Source of the DNA: Bacillus subtilis subsp. subtilis str. 168 | GTDB taxonomy: Bacteria > Bacillota > Bacilli > Bacillales > Bacillaceae | NCBI RefSeq assembly: GCF_000009045.1 | Contig: NC_000964.3 | Span: 3,630,001 to 3,662,000, forward strand | Direction of reading: 5' to 3' | Length of the DNA: 32,000 nt | Shown here: positions 8,245 through 16,752 of the stretch, piece after piece | Numbering within the stretch: the first letter of the stretch is position 1 | Layout: each line of letters starts with the position of its first letter | Made by a program: the position numbers and the translations under genes | The notes under the pieces: model-generated | The model's input: only the letters and a program-made list of their open reading frames with translations | What the model was told of the DNA's origin: nothing | The model's database searches: none

Positions 8245-9768
8245 CTACCTTCCTCCAACACCCATGCCGTTGATCACTTTATCAAGCAATTCGTCTTGTA
8301 AAGTCACCATTCTTGCAGCTGCATTGTATGCGTGTTGGAATTGAATCATATTCGTCATTTCTTCGTCTAAAGAAACTGCGCTCATTTGCTGACGGTTTAT
8401 GTCAGCATCATTCAGCTGTGTTTCTGTATTAGACGCCAGTCGATTAGCCTCTTGAGCTTCGATCCCTAGCTCGCCAATCAGACCCGCATAATAATCTAAA
8501 ACACTAGTTTCTTTACCGTTAATGGTTATTTTACCGGTTAAAACATTTGCTAATTTTGTAGCATTTGCGTTATCGTTGGCTGCGCCAGTCAGTGAGAAAG
8601 CAATGTTTGCGCCTTTTGAATCTATTATGCTGTCAGCCACTTTGATCTTGCCCGCCGCGCCCTTGGCAGGTTCAGTTTCACCGCCAGTAAAATCAAAAAA
8701 GTCTCCGCCTTGTTCACCGCTCTTGGTCACACCATTTCTGTGCACTTCATTGAAAGCTTTCGCGAATTCAAGCGCCATATTGTCAAGATCAGAAAGCATT
8801 TCCGGGTATACGCCCTTTTCTTGGCCATCTGCTGTTATATACCCATAAGACTCTATAAACCCTAAAAGGGATCCCTTGCTGCTAAAGGACTCCGCCTGTA
8901 CAGCTGTATCCCCGATTGAAATACTTGATACTAACCCAGTTTCATTATCATAGTTGGCTGCAAGTTCTGAAACCTCGTAATTTTTACCGTCCAAAACAGT
9001 TCCTAGCGACTGTTTATTTTTATCAAGGATTTCAATTGATACAGTTCCTTCAGCAGATGCAAGTGCATTCCCGCCTGATTTGTTGTAGCTGACTTTGATA
9101 TCAACCATTGAGGATAATTTATCGATCAGCAAATCTCGCTGGTCATATAAGCCATTCGGAAGAAGCCCGACCGGCTCTACTTGTGCAATTTGCTTATTTA
9201 AACTGTTTAACTGAGAAAGCAGAGAATTGACATCCAACACAGTTGTATTTAGCTCTGCTTTTAAATTCGATTGGACATTTGTAAGTGATTCAGAAATATA
9301 ATTAAACGTTTCAGCTACAGCTTGTCCTTTTCGAGCAACAACAGAACGTGCACTTTCTTCATTTGTATTATTCGATAATTCCTGCAGGGAATTCCAAAAC
9401 GAATTGAGCACACTGTTCAAGCCGCTGTCATCCGTTTCATTTAAAACGCCTTCCATTTGGGACAGCGCTTTTGCCTTCGTGTCATAGTATCCGGCACTGT
9501 TGTTTTGAAGACGGTATTGGTAGTCAAGAAAGATATCTCTTATTCTCTCAACTGATTTTCCTTGAACGCCCGTACCCATTTGTCCCGCTGTTTTTTCTGC
9601 ATTTTTAGATACAGCAGGGAAATAGTCAGTTGCCTCCAATGAGACCCGCTGTCTTGTATAACCATCAGTATTGGCATTTGCCACGTTATTTGCAGTAGTG
9701 CTTAACGCTGCCTGCTGAGCGCTTAACGCCCGCCTTGCAGTTTCAAGCCCCATAAAGGTAGATGTCAT
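8245..9768 (-). CDS. flgK: Flagellar hook-filament junction protein FlgK (HAP1)
   Basis: The 507-aa product starts MTSTFMGLETARRALSAQQAALSTTANNVANANTDGYTRQRV, the flagellar basal-body rod/hook N-terminal motif. It also carries the conserved C-terminal segment EEMTNMIQFQHAYNAAARM. Confidence 0.95.
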   Translation of the reverse strand: MTSTFMGLETARRALSAQQAALSTTANNVANANTDGYTRQRVSLEATDYFPAVSKNAEKTAGQMGTGVQGKSVERIRDIFLDYQYRLQNNSAGYYDTKAKALSQMEGVLNETDDSGLNSVLNSFWNSLQELSNNTNEESARSVVARKGQAVAETFNYISESLTNVQSNLKAELNTTVLDVNSLLSQLNSLNKQIAQVEPVGLLPNGLYDQRDLLIDKLSSMVDIKVSYNKSGGNALASAEGTVSIEILDKNKQSLGTVLDGKNYEVSELAANYDNETGLVSSISIGDTAVQAESFSSKGSLLGFIESYGYITADGQEKGVYPEMLSDLDNMALEFAKAFNEVHRNGVTKSGEQGGDFFDFTGGETEPAKGAAGKIKVADSIIDSKGANIAFSLTGAANDNANATKLANVLTGKITINGKETSVLDYYAGLIGELGIEAQEANRLASNTETQLNDADINRQQMSAVSLDEEMTNMIQFQHAYNAAARMVTLQDELLDKVINGMGVGGR

Positions 9769-9786
9769 TTTCTGAATTCCTTTCTG

Positions 9787-10269
9787 CTAAGCTTTTGAAT
9801 CAAACAGTTTCATTTTGCTACTTTTCGGCAGCTCAGCTTTAATTGATTTGCTGTAATTGAAGTTATTTTCCTTAGGAACCAGCATATCGTACGAAATAGA
9901 GATGAATTGCAGCGCGTCTCTTGTCAGCTGCCTATTCATCTCATTTACTTTTTTCAGACGTCCGAGAACTTGAGAAAGAGATTCGTATAGTTGTTCCAGC
10001 TCTTCCTTTTCACTGCCTGAGGTTTTGGCGATACATGCGGAAATAGTATTATTTTCGCTATATCCGAGAAAGGCCGAAGTTGTTTTGATCCGGTCATCTT
10101 CTGTCTGCGTGATTGCTTGAATATATTTTTGCTCTTTTGTCAAAATGTTAGAAAGCTCTTTTGTTTTGCCGGCTTTGAGCGCTTCCGTCTTTTCTTCAGA
10201 CAGCGTGAGCAGGTGCTCATGCAGAACGCAAAGTCGCTTCAATTGTTCAATAATTGCCTTCGCTGACAT
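9787..10269 (-). CDS. flgN: FlgN-like chaperone for FlgK/FlgL (YvyG)
   Basis: This 160-aa helical ORF lies between flgM and flgK, as in the B. subtilis flgM operon. Confidence 0.85.
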   Translation of the reverse strand: MSAKAIIEQLKRLCVLHEHLLTLSEEKTEALKAGKTKELSNILTKEQKYIQAITQTEDDRIKTTSAFLGYSENNTISACIAKTSGSEKEELEQLYESLSQVLGRLKKVNEMNRQLTRDALQFISISYDMLVPKENNFNYSKSIKAELPKSSKMKLFDSKA

Positions 10270-10284
10270 GGGCTTTCTCCTTTT

Positions 10285-10551
10285 TTATTGCTTTTTATAA
10301 AAATTAATCATATTTTTCGCAATATGATTTGCGTCTACTTTGTATGACCCGTTTTCAATTTGCGCTTTAAGCTGCGCAATTTTTTCCTGTCGTGAACCAG
10401 TGACTGCGTCGGATGCATGTTGCATTTCTTTAGCCTGTGATGAAATTTCAATTTTATCTTGAGGTTGTGCAACAGTTTTTTGCACCGCTTGCTTATCATA
10501 ATTTTTTTGATATGGATTAACGGATTGTGTTCCAAATTGATTGATTTTCAT
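10285..10551 (-). CDS. flgM: Anti-sigma-D factor FlgM
   Basis: The 88-aa product has the C-terminal segment [29 protein letters not shown], typical of the FlgM sigma-binding helices. Its position is upstream of flgN-flgK-flgL. Confidence 0.92.
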
Positions 10552-10599
10552 AGGATTCCTCTCGCTTTCCGTTGCAGTCTTTAAACAATCTTAACCCTT

Positions 10600-10626
10600 T
10601 TATCGACTGCGTTTTCAGTTAGTTTA
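10600..10626 (-). promoter_or_regulatory. Candidate second sigma-D promoter immediately upstream of flgM
   Basis: The minus strand reads TAAA (10623-10626), a 15-nt spacer, then GTCGATAA (10600-10607, 6/8 to GCCGATAT). It lies in the 80-nt yvyF-flgM gap. Confidence 0.5.
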
Positions 10627-10631
10627 GGGAA

Positions 10632-11051
10632 TCAGCTGTTTTTGGTATTATAGGCATAGTATGTGTCTTTTTTACTATTTTCTTTCTCGATTTTCAGAGC
10701 ATCCTCGTGGTTCAAATGATCCATTTGATCCTTAATATCAGACTGGCAAGCCTTGCAGAACTTGCCTTCTCTAATCGATGTCCCGCACCTTTCACAAGGG
10801 TATGCCAAATTAGGAAGATGAGTGATCTGAATTCGCTTCTGCCTGATGAATTTCAATATCAGCTCTTCTTCCACACCTGTTTCCTCAGTTATCCGGCTCA
10901 AAGTTGATTGCCGGTTTTCCTGTTTTCTTAAAAATTTATAGACAGTCTCAAATGATTTTTCTTCTTCCTTAATACACGCCTGACATACGGTTTGCAGCTT
11001 TGTTTTTAAAAATAAAGCATTGCATTTCGGACAATTAGCCAGTTCTCCCAT
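10632..11051 (-). CDS. yvyF: Zinc-ribbon flagellar operon protein YvyF, function unknown
   Basis: The 139-aa product has CxxC pairs at both ends: CPKC...CQAC (N-terminal) and CERC...CKAC (C-terminal). It is the first gene after a consensus sigma-D promoter. Confidence 0.85.
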   Translation of the reverse strand: MGELANCPKCNALFLKTKLQTVCQACIKEEEKSFETVYKFLRKQENRQSTLSRITEETGVEEELILKFIRQKRIQITHLPNLAYPCERCGTSIREGKFCKACQSDIKDQMDHLNHEDALKIEKENSKKDTYYAYNTKNS

Positions 11052-11100
11052 CTTTTTTTCTCCTTATTAGATAATATGCCTGTGTCAATTTCTAGTGATT

Positions 11101-11127
11101 ATATCGGCATAAAAACAGAATCATTTA
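11101..11127 (-). promoter_or_regulatory. Consensus sigma-D promoter of the yvyF-flgM operon
   Basis: The minus strand reads TAAA (11124-11127), a 15-nt spacer, then GCCGATAT (11101-11108), a perfect match to TAAA-N15-GCCGATAT. The -35 element contains the comFC TAA stop codon. Confidence 0.85.
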
Positions 11128-11847
11128 GCTTCTGATCAAGGTAAAAGATGACACTGAAGCGGCTTTTCCTTTTTCTAATAAGCAGCGGGCTGCGAAGTGC
11201 AAGGTGGCGCCTGTTGTATAAAGATCGTCTATTAAAATGATATTCATACCTTCTGCTGAATTATTTTTTGTATCAAAAATGCACTCTGACAGCAGGCGTT
11301 CTGTTTTCTTTTTCTTTGACTGTTTCTCATTATTCAGGCGAATGAGGGGATGGTGGGAAGGCCGGTCTAAACATTCTGCCAAGAGATGTGCCTGGTTAAA
11401 TCCGCGCTCTTCTTCCCGTTCCTTGCTCAGCGGAATAGGTACAAGAACAAAATGCTTATCGGGGTAAACCTTAGAAAAGGTTGAAGAAAAATCACTTTTA
11501 AATGCATTTATGATTTCTGCATCTCCTCTAAATTTAAAACGGGAGAGCGTTTCTTTCATCATATCATTATATGTGTAAACTGAACGGTTTTGACGCAATA
11601 GCAAACTGTCTCTGATCCTTGTTCTCCACACCTCGCAATCCCTGCATACGGCATGAACAGATTGAGGTCTGCCGCACAGGGGGCAGATATGTCCTGTGAT
11701 TTTCTTTAATTTGCTTCTGCAAGAATAACAAACCTTTTCATCAGGCTTTAGTAAAAAAAGGGCTCTCCATGTAACATCTTGAGAAAATTGCGAATCACAT
11801 AATAAACAGATCAGTTTATGAATGCCTCCTCCTGCTTCGTTTGACAT
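11125..11847 (-). CDS. comFC: Competence protein ComFC (phosphoribosyltransferase-fold, Zn-finger N-terminus)
   Basis: The longest ORF is 240 aa. It has Cys pairs CLLC...CYSC and CPLC...CRDC, and the PRTase signature ILIDDLYTTGATL. The start is ambiguous (see findings). Confidence 0.9.
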   Translation of the reverse strand: MSNEAGGGIHKLICLLCDSQFSQDVTWRALFLLKPDEKVCYSCRSKLKKITGHICPLCGRPQSVHAVCRDCEVWRTRIRDSLLLRQNRSVYTYNDMMKETLSRFKFRGDAEIINAFKSDFSSTFSKVYPDKHFVLVPIPLSKEREEERGFNQAHLLAECLDRPSHHPLIRLNNEKQSKKKKTERLLSECIFDTKNNSAEGMNIILIDDLYTTGATLHFAARCLLEKGKAASVSSFTLIRS

Positions 11848-12107
11848 AAATCGCTTGGACTCTCTGAAACTACTGCAGCAGATTCAGCCAAAATGACAAG
11901 CATTGCTGTGTTTTTTTGTTTATCTACCAGCTCAGCTTTCGTATATGCGATCTTTTTAAAATCAGTAACGTAGGATGGACTCACTTTGTTTAAAGAAAGT
12001 GCCAATACATCGTTTTGGCATACTTGGCAAGTACAGGCCATATGAAGCTGGTCCATATATCGGTCGAGCAGTTCTTTCATTACGATTTCTTTTGAATTGA
12101 CAAGCAT
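11811..12107 (-). CDS. comFB: Competence protein ComFB (small Cys-containing protein)
   Basis: This 98-aa ORF has an ATG at 12105-12107, 8 nt after a GAGGAG SD. It contains the CTCQVCQND motif and lies between comFA and comFC. Confidence 0.9.
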   Translation of the reverse strand: MLVNSKEIVMKELLDRYMDQLHMACTCQVCQNDVLALSLNKVSPSYVTDFKKIAYTKAELVDKQKNTAMLVILAESAAVVSESPSDLCQTKQEEAFIN

Positions 12108-12166
12108 TTTTACAGCTCCTCATCATCGGTTATATGAGTATACTGTACCACGTTTTCAAATAATGG

Positions 12167-13558
12167 CTAGTCTGTACATTCAACTTTTGCTGCCAATTCA
12201 TTCATTTCTTTTATATGCTTTCTTGCATCGAGCATACTCTTTGTTTTGCCGAAGTGAAAGTAAATGACATCGCCGTCCGCATATTCTTTATGCCGGCCGG
12301 TTCTTCCTGCAATTTGAACAAGTGCGCTTTCCGTAAAGATAGACGATTCCGCTCCTAGTACACCCGTTTGCACCTTGGGGACTGTGACGCCTCTTTCCAG
12401 TATTGTTGTTGTGATTAATAGATCGAGCTGACCATCTCTGAATTGCTGCACTTTCTCCTTTCTATGCTTGTCTTCCGCGTGCACAGATGCGGTTCGGCAA
12501 TGAACACCTTTAAAGCACGCAGCAGCCTTTTCCAGAATAGAAACGGAAGGAACGAATAAAAAAACAGGCCTCCCTTCTTTTACATGAAACTCTATCCATC
12601 TTTTCACCGCTGGCGGAATTTTATTTCGGTTTAATTTCTTCTTCCAGTTTCCACACCATACAAAGCGCGGTTCGGGTAAAGGTTTCCGGTGGTGTCTTGC
12701 GGGGATGCGAACTGAATGTAACTGTCCGTTCAGTGCTTTTCTTTTTAATTCTTTAGGAGGTGTTGCACTTAAATAAACGAGGGTGCTGTTTTTCTTTCTT
12801 GCTTTTTGAACAGCGAATTGAAGGGTTTGATCAGCAGAATATGGAAAAGCGTCAACTTCATCAATGATCATAACATCGATTGCATCTTTATATCGCAAAA
12901 GCTGATGCGTAGTGGAAATCATAAGCGGAGATAGCCGCCCTTTGTCATCGCTTCCTCCGTAAAGCGCTGAAATGTCAGCACCCTGAAAGGCAGCCTTGAG
13001 TCTTGGAGCAAGCTCTAATACAACATCGGTGCGAGGTGTTGCAATACATACACGCAGTCCTTGATTTAACGCTGATTCTATACCAGGAAACAGCATTTCT
13101 GTTTTGCCAGCGCCGCAAACCGCCCAGATGAGGAGCTCTTCTTTTTTTGATATTGCTTCAATTAAAACATTGGCGGCTTTTTGCTGTCCGCTTGAAAGCT
13201 TGCCATCCCATGTCAGCTTAATAGACTTCCAGTTTGATTCATTTTCCTCTTTCCATGAATATAAAGGAACCTCCTCACTCACTCTGCCCATCATGACACA
13301 GGAACGGCAATACAGCTTATTCTTTCCAGATGAGTGATAAAAAGAAAAATACCGCTGATCAGTTTGTCCGCACCTATTACATCTATATCTCCGTTTATTT
13401 ATGGATATAGAATTTTCAGCAGTGATATATCCATTCTTGATATGCCATTCAATCATCTCATCGGAAAATGAGAGCTCAGTCCTGAGCAAATGACGGCTTC
13501 GAAGCGTCTGCTGCAATTCTTTTGAAAAGGAACTGTTTTTTTCAACTGGCACATTCAC
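12167..13558 (-). CDS. comFA: Competence DNA-uptake helicase/translocase ComFA (DEAD-box-like)
   Basis: This 463-aa ORF has a GTG start at 13556-13558, 8 nt after an AGGAGG SD. It carries an N-terminal Zn finger (CNRCGQ...CRSC), Walker A (AVCGAGKTEM) and Walker B (MIIDEVDAF). Confidence 0.95.
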   Translation of the reverse strand: MNVPVEKNSSFSKELQQTLRSRHLLRTELSFSDEMIEWHIKNGYITAENSISINKRRYRCNRCGQTDQRYFSFYHSSGKNKLYCRSCVMMGRVSEEVPLYSWKEENESNWKSIKLTWDGKLSSGQQKAANVLIEAISKKEELLIWAVCGAGKTEMLFPGIESALNQGLRVCIATPRTDVVLELAPRLKAAFQGADISALYGGSDDKGRLSPLMISTTHQLLRYKDAIDVMIIDEVDAFPYSADQTLQFAVQKARKKNSTLVYLSATPPKELKRKALNGQLHSVRIPARHHRKPLPEPRFVWCGNWKKKLNRNKIPPAVKRWIEFHVKEGRPVFLFVPSVSILEKAAACFKGVHCRTASVHAEDKHRKEKVQQFRDGQLDLLITTTILERGVTVPKVQTGVLGAESSIFTESALVQIAGRTGRHKEYADGDVIYFHFGKTKSMLDARKHIKEMNELAAKVECTD

Positions 13559-13620
13559 ATAGCACGCCTCCTTTCGAAACAGTATGCCTGAATGAATATT
13601 TTCTGTCCAACTATTAAAAT

Positions 13621-13659
13621 AAGAATATAAAAAAATCTCCGCTCTAAAAACGGAGATTT
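13621..13659 (-). terminator. Intrinsic terminator of degV
   Basis: The minus strand reads AAATCTCCG-tttttagag-CGGAGATTT (a 9-bp stem) followed by TTTTTATATTCTTATTTT. It lies 4 nt after the degV stop. Confidence 0.85.
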
Positions 13660-13663
13660 GGCC

Positions 13664-14509
13664 TTATTTAAAACACCAGCAAATTCCTAACGCACCTTCA
13701 CCCAAATGAGTGCCGATTACCGCGCCAAAATAGCTGTTATAAAATTCAACATGAGGATATTTTGCAGAAAGCTCTTCAATGATTTTCGCTGCTTCTTCCT
13801 CTCGATTAGCGTGGATAACAGCAGCTCGCATAGGCAACCCTTTACTCGCATCTTCGTCTAAAAGCTCATAAATTCGCGAAATTGCTTTTTTACGTGTGCG
13901 AATCTTCTCAAAAGGCACAATTACCTTATTGTCAAAATGAAGGATAGGCTTTACCTTTAGAAGACTACCAATGAAGGCTTGGGCGCTGCTTAATCGCCCG
14001 CCGCGCTGAAGATGGGCTAAGTCATCTACCATAAAATAAGCTCGAACTGTTTTTTTCATTTCTTCCAGTTCTTTTATAATATCTTCCGGCGATGATGCTC
14101 CGTTTTTGATTAATTCAGCAGCTTTAAGGGCATAAAAGCCTTGAGCCAAGCAGCTGATCTCTGAGTCAAATGGATACACATCAATATTGTCGACCATCGA
14201 ATCAGCCGCTGCTGCACTGCTGAATGTTCCGCTGATCCCGCTGGAAAGATGGATACTGATAACCGCATCATAAGACTTGCCAAGCTCTTCATACAACGCA
14301 ACCAGCTCGCCGATTGGCGGCTGAGAAGTCGTCGGGAGCTCATTATGTTTTTTCACTTCTTCATAAAAGCTTTTCCAGTCCAACTCAATTTCTTCACGGT
14401 AAGTCTCCTCCCTAAAAACAACCTGGAGAGGGATCATATGTATCTGATGTTGTTCACGCATTTCTTTCGGAATATATGCCGTGCTGTCTGTTACGACTGC
14501 AATATTCAT
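13664..14509 (-). CDS. degV: DegV-family fatty-acid-binding protein (YviA)
   Basis: The 281-aa product starts MNIAVVTDSTAYIPKEM, the DegV N-terminal signature, and contains SGISGTF. It has its own downstream terminator. Confidence 0.9.
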   Translation of the reverse strand: MNIAVVTDSTAYIPKEMREQHQIHMIPLQVVFREETYREEIELDWKSFYEEVKKHNELPTTSQPPIGELVALYEELGKSYDAVISIHLSSGISGTFSSAAAADSMVDNIDVYPFDSEISCLAQGFYALKAAELIKNGASSPEDIIKELEEMKKTVRAYFMVDDLAHLQRGGRLSSAQAFIGSLLKVKPILHFDNKVIVPFEKIRTRKKAISRIYELLDEDASKGLPMRAAVIHANREEEAAKIIEELSAKYPHVEFYNSYFGAVIGTHLGEGALGICWCFK

Positions 14510-14563
14510 AGCTTCGATACCTGCCTTATTGCTTTATAACTCTATTGTAAGGGAAACGGCAGC

Positions 14564-14597
14564 CTAAAAAAAGACCTGCCTAGTAAAAGGCAAGTCT
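14564..14597 (-). terminator. Intrinsic terminator of degS-degU
   Basis: The minus strand reads AGACTTGCC-ttttacta-GGCAGGTCT (9 bp including one G-U pair) followed by TTTTTTT. It lies about 10 nt after the degU stop. Confidence 0.8.
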
Positions 14598-14606
14598 CCT
14601 ATTATA

Positions 14607-15296
14607 CTATCTCATTTCTACCCAGCCATTTTTAATGGCGACCACAACGGCTTGCGTCCGGTCGTTTACATTCATTTTTTGTAAAATATTGCTGACATGG
14701 TTTTTAACGGTTTTCTCACTGATAAACAATGATTCACCAATACCGCGGTTGCTTTTTCCGTCTGCAAGCATCTGCAGCACTTCACATTCCCGCCTAGTTA
14801 AAATATGTAATGGTCTGCGGATTTCAGGGTAAACCTCATGTTGAGGGTGTGCAGAAACTCCGCTTGTTGCAAGGCGGCGGAATTCGTTAACGAGGTTGTG
14901 AGTAACCTTCGGATGGAGGTAAGATCCGCCCTCAGCCACTACTTTAACCGCTTCAATTAATGTATCAGCATCCATCTCTTTCAGCAGATAACCTCTTGCA
15001 CCTGTTTTCAGGGCATGTGTTACATAATTTTCGTCATCGTGAATTGATAGAATAATTACTTTAGATTCAGGATACAGCTCTACAAGCTGTTTTGTAGCTT
15101 CCACACCATTTACGTTTGGCATATTGATATCCATGATCACAACATCAGGATGATAGTGCTCAACAATACGAGCCGCTTCGTCCCCGTCATCACCTTCGGC
15201 TACCACTTCAAAGGTAGGTTCAAAATCCAATATCCGTTTAACACCTTCACGAAATAACTGATGGTCGTCGATAATAACAATGTTTACTTTAGTCAC
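14607..15296 (-). CDS. degU: Response regulator DegU (NarL/LuxR family)
   Basis: This 229-aa ORF has a GTG start after an AGGAGG SD. It has a receiver domain ([12 protein letters not shown] ... VVIMDINMP) and a LuxR-type HTH ([43 protein letters not shown]). His12 is present, so this is not the degU32(Hy) allele. Confidence 0.97.
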
Positions 15297-15378
15297 AAGC
15301 CACGCCTCCTTGTATTATTGTTCTATATACTCTAGCATTCGGTCAATATGCCTTTTGGCTCTATTTTACAAATCATAG

Positions 15379-16536
15379 TCAAAGAGATAACGGAACCTTA
15401 ATCATAATAAATGTCCCAAGACCTATTTTCGAATCTATTGTCATCGTTCCTTCCAATAAATCTACTCTTTCTTTCATGCCCAGCAAGCCGAATGATTTGT
15501 TTTTCTTCTCTTTCGCTTCCTTCAGGTCGAACCCTTTACCGTTATCTTTTATCATTAAAATCACAAAATCCTTTGTGATCTCAACTTTGACTGTAATTTC
15601 TTCAGATTCAGAATGCTTTAGCGCATTAGACACAGCTTCCTGTGCGAGCCTGAAGAGCGCAACCTCAAACTGAGGCGCTAGCCTCTGATCCTCTGTTTCT
15701 CCAATGCACTGAAAATGTATTTTGACCTTCCCGTTATATTCCTCGGTTGTATATAGATATTTTCTTAAAGTTGGAATCAGGCCTAGGTCATCAAGGGCCA
15801 TCGGTCTTAAATCATATATAATCCTTCTCACTTCGTAAAGGGCATTCCGAACATTTTGGCGGAGATTTTTAATTTCTTGGAATCCGTCCTCTGCGCCCCG
15901 GTCACGGAAAATCCGCTCGATTAATTCCGATCTCATCATAACATTCGCCAGCATTTGAGCGGGTCCGTCATGGATTTCTCTTGAGACTCTTTTTCGCTCT
16001 TCTTCCTGCGCCTCAATAATTCTTAAGCCGAAATCCTGTTTTGCCTGAGCATCAGCAAGAAGCAGTCCAACTTCGCGCAAATCCTGATTCAAGTAGTTGA
16101 GCACAACTGTAATTTGGCTTACTAATGATTCTGACCGCTCAATGATTTCCTGAAGCCCTAGCAATCTGCGCTCCAAATCGTCCCGCCGTTCGCGCAATTG
16201 CTTCTCACGCTGCTGGATCATCGTCAATTCTACCTGCAGCTTATGGGCTTTTTCATAAGCATTGCGGATTTCCTCTTCACTGAATCTATGAAAATTACGG
16301 CTGACCTCGGATAAACGGTTTCTCGCATGGCGAGTTTGCACTTCAAGTTTATCGCCAAGCTCAATCACTTCATACACCTGCTGTTTAATTTGTTTCAGTT
16401 CTTCGACCAGCTGTTCATACTGCTGGCGTGACTGCTCCCCGATTTGAAAAACCTCGTCCTTGCTCCCGTCAACGGTTTTCAGCATCTTCATCAAAATAGA
16501 ATCCAGCACTTTGGAATCCATCTTTGTTTTATTCAT
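15379..16536 (-). CDS. degS: Cytoplasmic sensor histidine kinase DegS
   Basis: The 385-aa product has no TM segment. It has a long coiled-coil N-terminus, a HisKA_3 H-box (REIHDGPAQ) and a C-terminal HATPase domain (IKDNGKGF ... GLLGMKERV). Confidence 0.97.
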   Translation of the reverse strand: MNKTKMDSKVLDSILMKMLKTVDGSKDEVFQIGEQSRQQYEQLVEELKQIKQQVYEVIELGDKLEVQTRHARNRLSEVSRNFHRFSEEEIRNAYEKAHKLQVELTMIQQREKQLRERRDDLERRLLGLQEIIERSESLVSQITVVLNYLNQDLREVGLLLADAQAKQDFGLRIIEAQEEERKRVSREIHDGPAQMLANVMMRSELIERIFRDRGAEDGFQEIKNLRQNVRNALYEVRRIIYDLRPMALDDLGLIPTLRKYLYTTEEYNGKVKIHFQCIGETEDQRLAPQFEVALFRLAQEAVSNALKHSESEEITVKVEITKDFVILMIKDNGKGFDLKEAKEKKNKSFGLLGMKERVDLLEGTMTIDSKIGLGTFIMIKVPLSL

Positions 16537-16584
16537 AATTTCCCTCCGTCACGGCGTTGTCATATATTTTTATTATAAATGTAA

Positions 16585-16613
16585 TTGATCTGCAAATTAT
16601 GTCGAATTATAAT
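16585..16613 (+). promoter_or_regulatory. Sigma-A-type promoter for yvyE-tagV
   Basis: The plus strand reads TTGATC (16585-16590), a 17-nt spacer, then TATAAT (16608-16613). This implies a leader of about 135 nt before the yvyE ATG. Confidence 0.6.
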
Positions 16614-16752
16614 GAAAGAATGCGTATATTCTAGAAAAAAACATTTTTATATACTATCTACTCTTTATGATACCAAAATACGCACAAAAATTCTAAAGAC
16701 TGTACGAATTTGTATAGGCAGTCTTTTATGCTTAGCAGGAGGGTCAGCTAGC

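Noticed and set aside
10335-10535. Minus-strand 66-aa ORF in an alternative frame within flgM
   Set aside because: It is highly basic and repetitive (K/L/H rich), lies fully inside flgM in another frame, and has no independent SD. It is best explained as a frame artefact.
13590-13659. Possible ComK AT-boxes (AAATctccgTTTT at 13647-13659 and AAAAtattcATTC at 13590-13602) upstream of comFA
   Set aside because: comF is known to be ComK dependent. These two half-matches are 44 nt apart, which does not fit the canonical 8/18/31-nt K-box spacings. One of them is simply the degV terminator stem. I cannot place the K-box or the -10/-35 confidently by eye.
14110-14343. Minus-strand 77-aa alternative-frame ORF inside degV (the plus-strand ORF 14249-14539 is a similar case)
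   Set aside because: It is nested in a well-supported DegV-family gene, and I see no translation signals.
15297-15378. TTGACC hexamer (plus-strand ggtcaa at 15341-15346) as the -35 of a degU-proximal promoter
   Set aside because: An internal degU promoter is reported in the literature. The best -10 candidates here (TATAGA at 13-nt spacing, ACAATA at 17 nt) are poor, so the call is not supportable from sequence alone.
16585-16752. The 56-codon N-terminal extension of yvyE in the ORF track (MICKLCRIIMKEC...)
   Set aside because: Its TTG start is the -35 hexamer of the predicted promoter. The extension covers AT-rich leader sequence with no SD, whereas the ATG at 16753 has an AGGAGGG SD and yields the expected IMPACT-family N-terminus.
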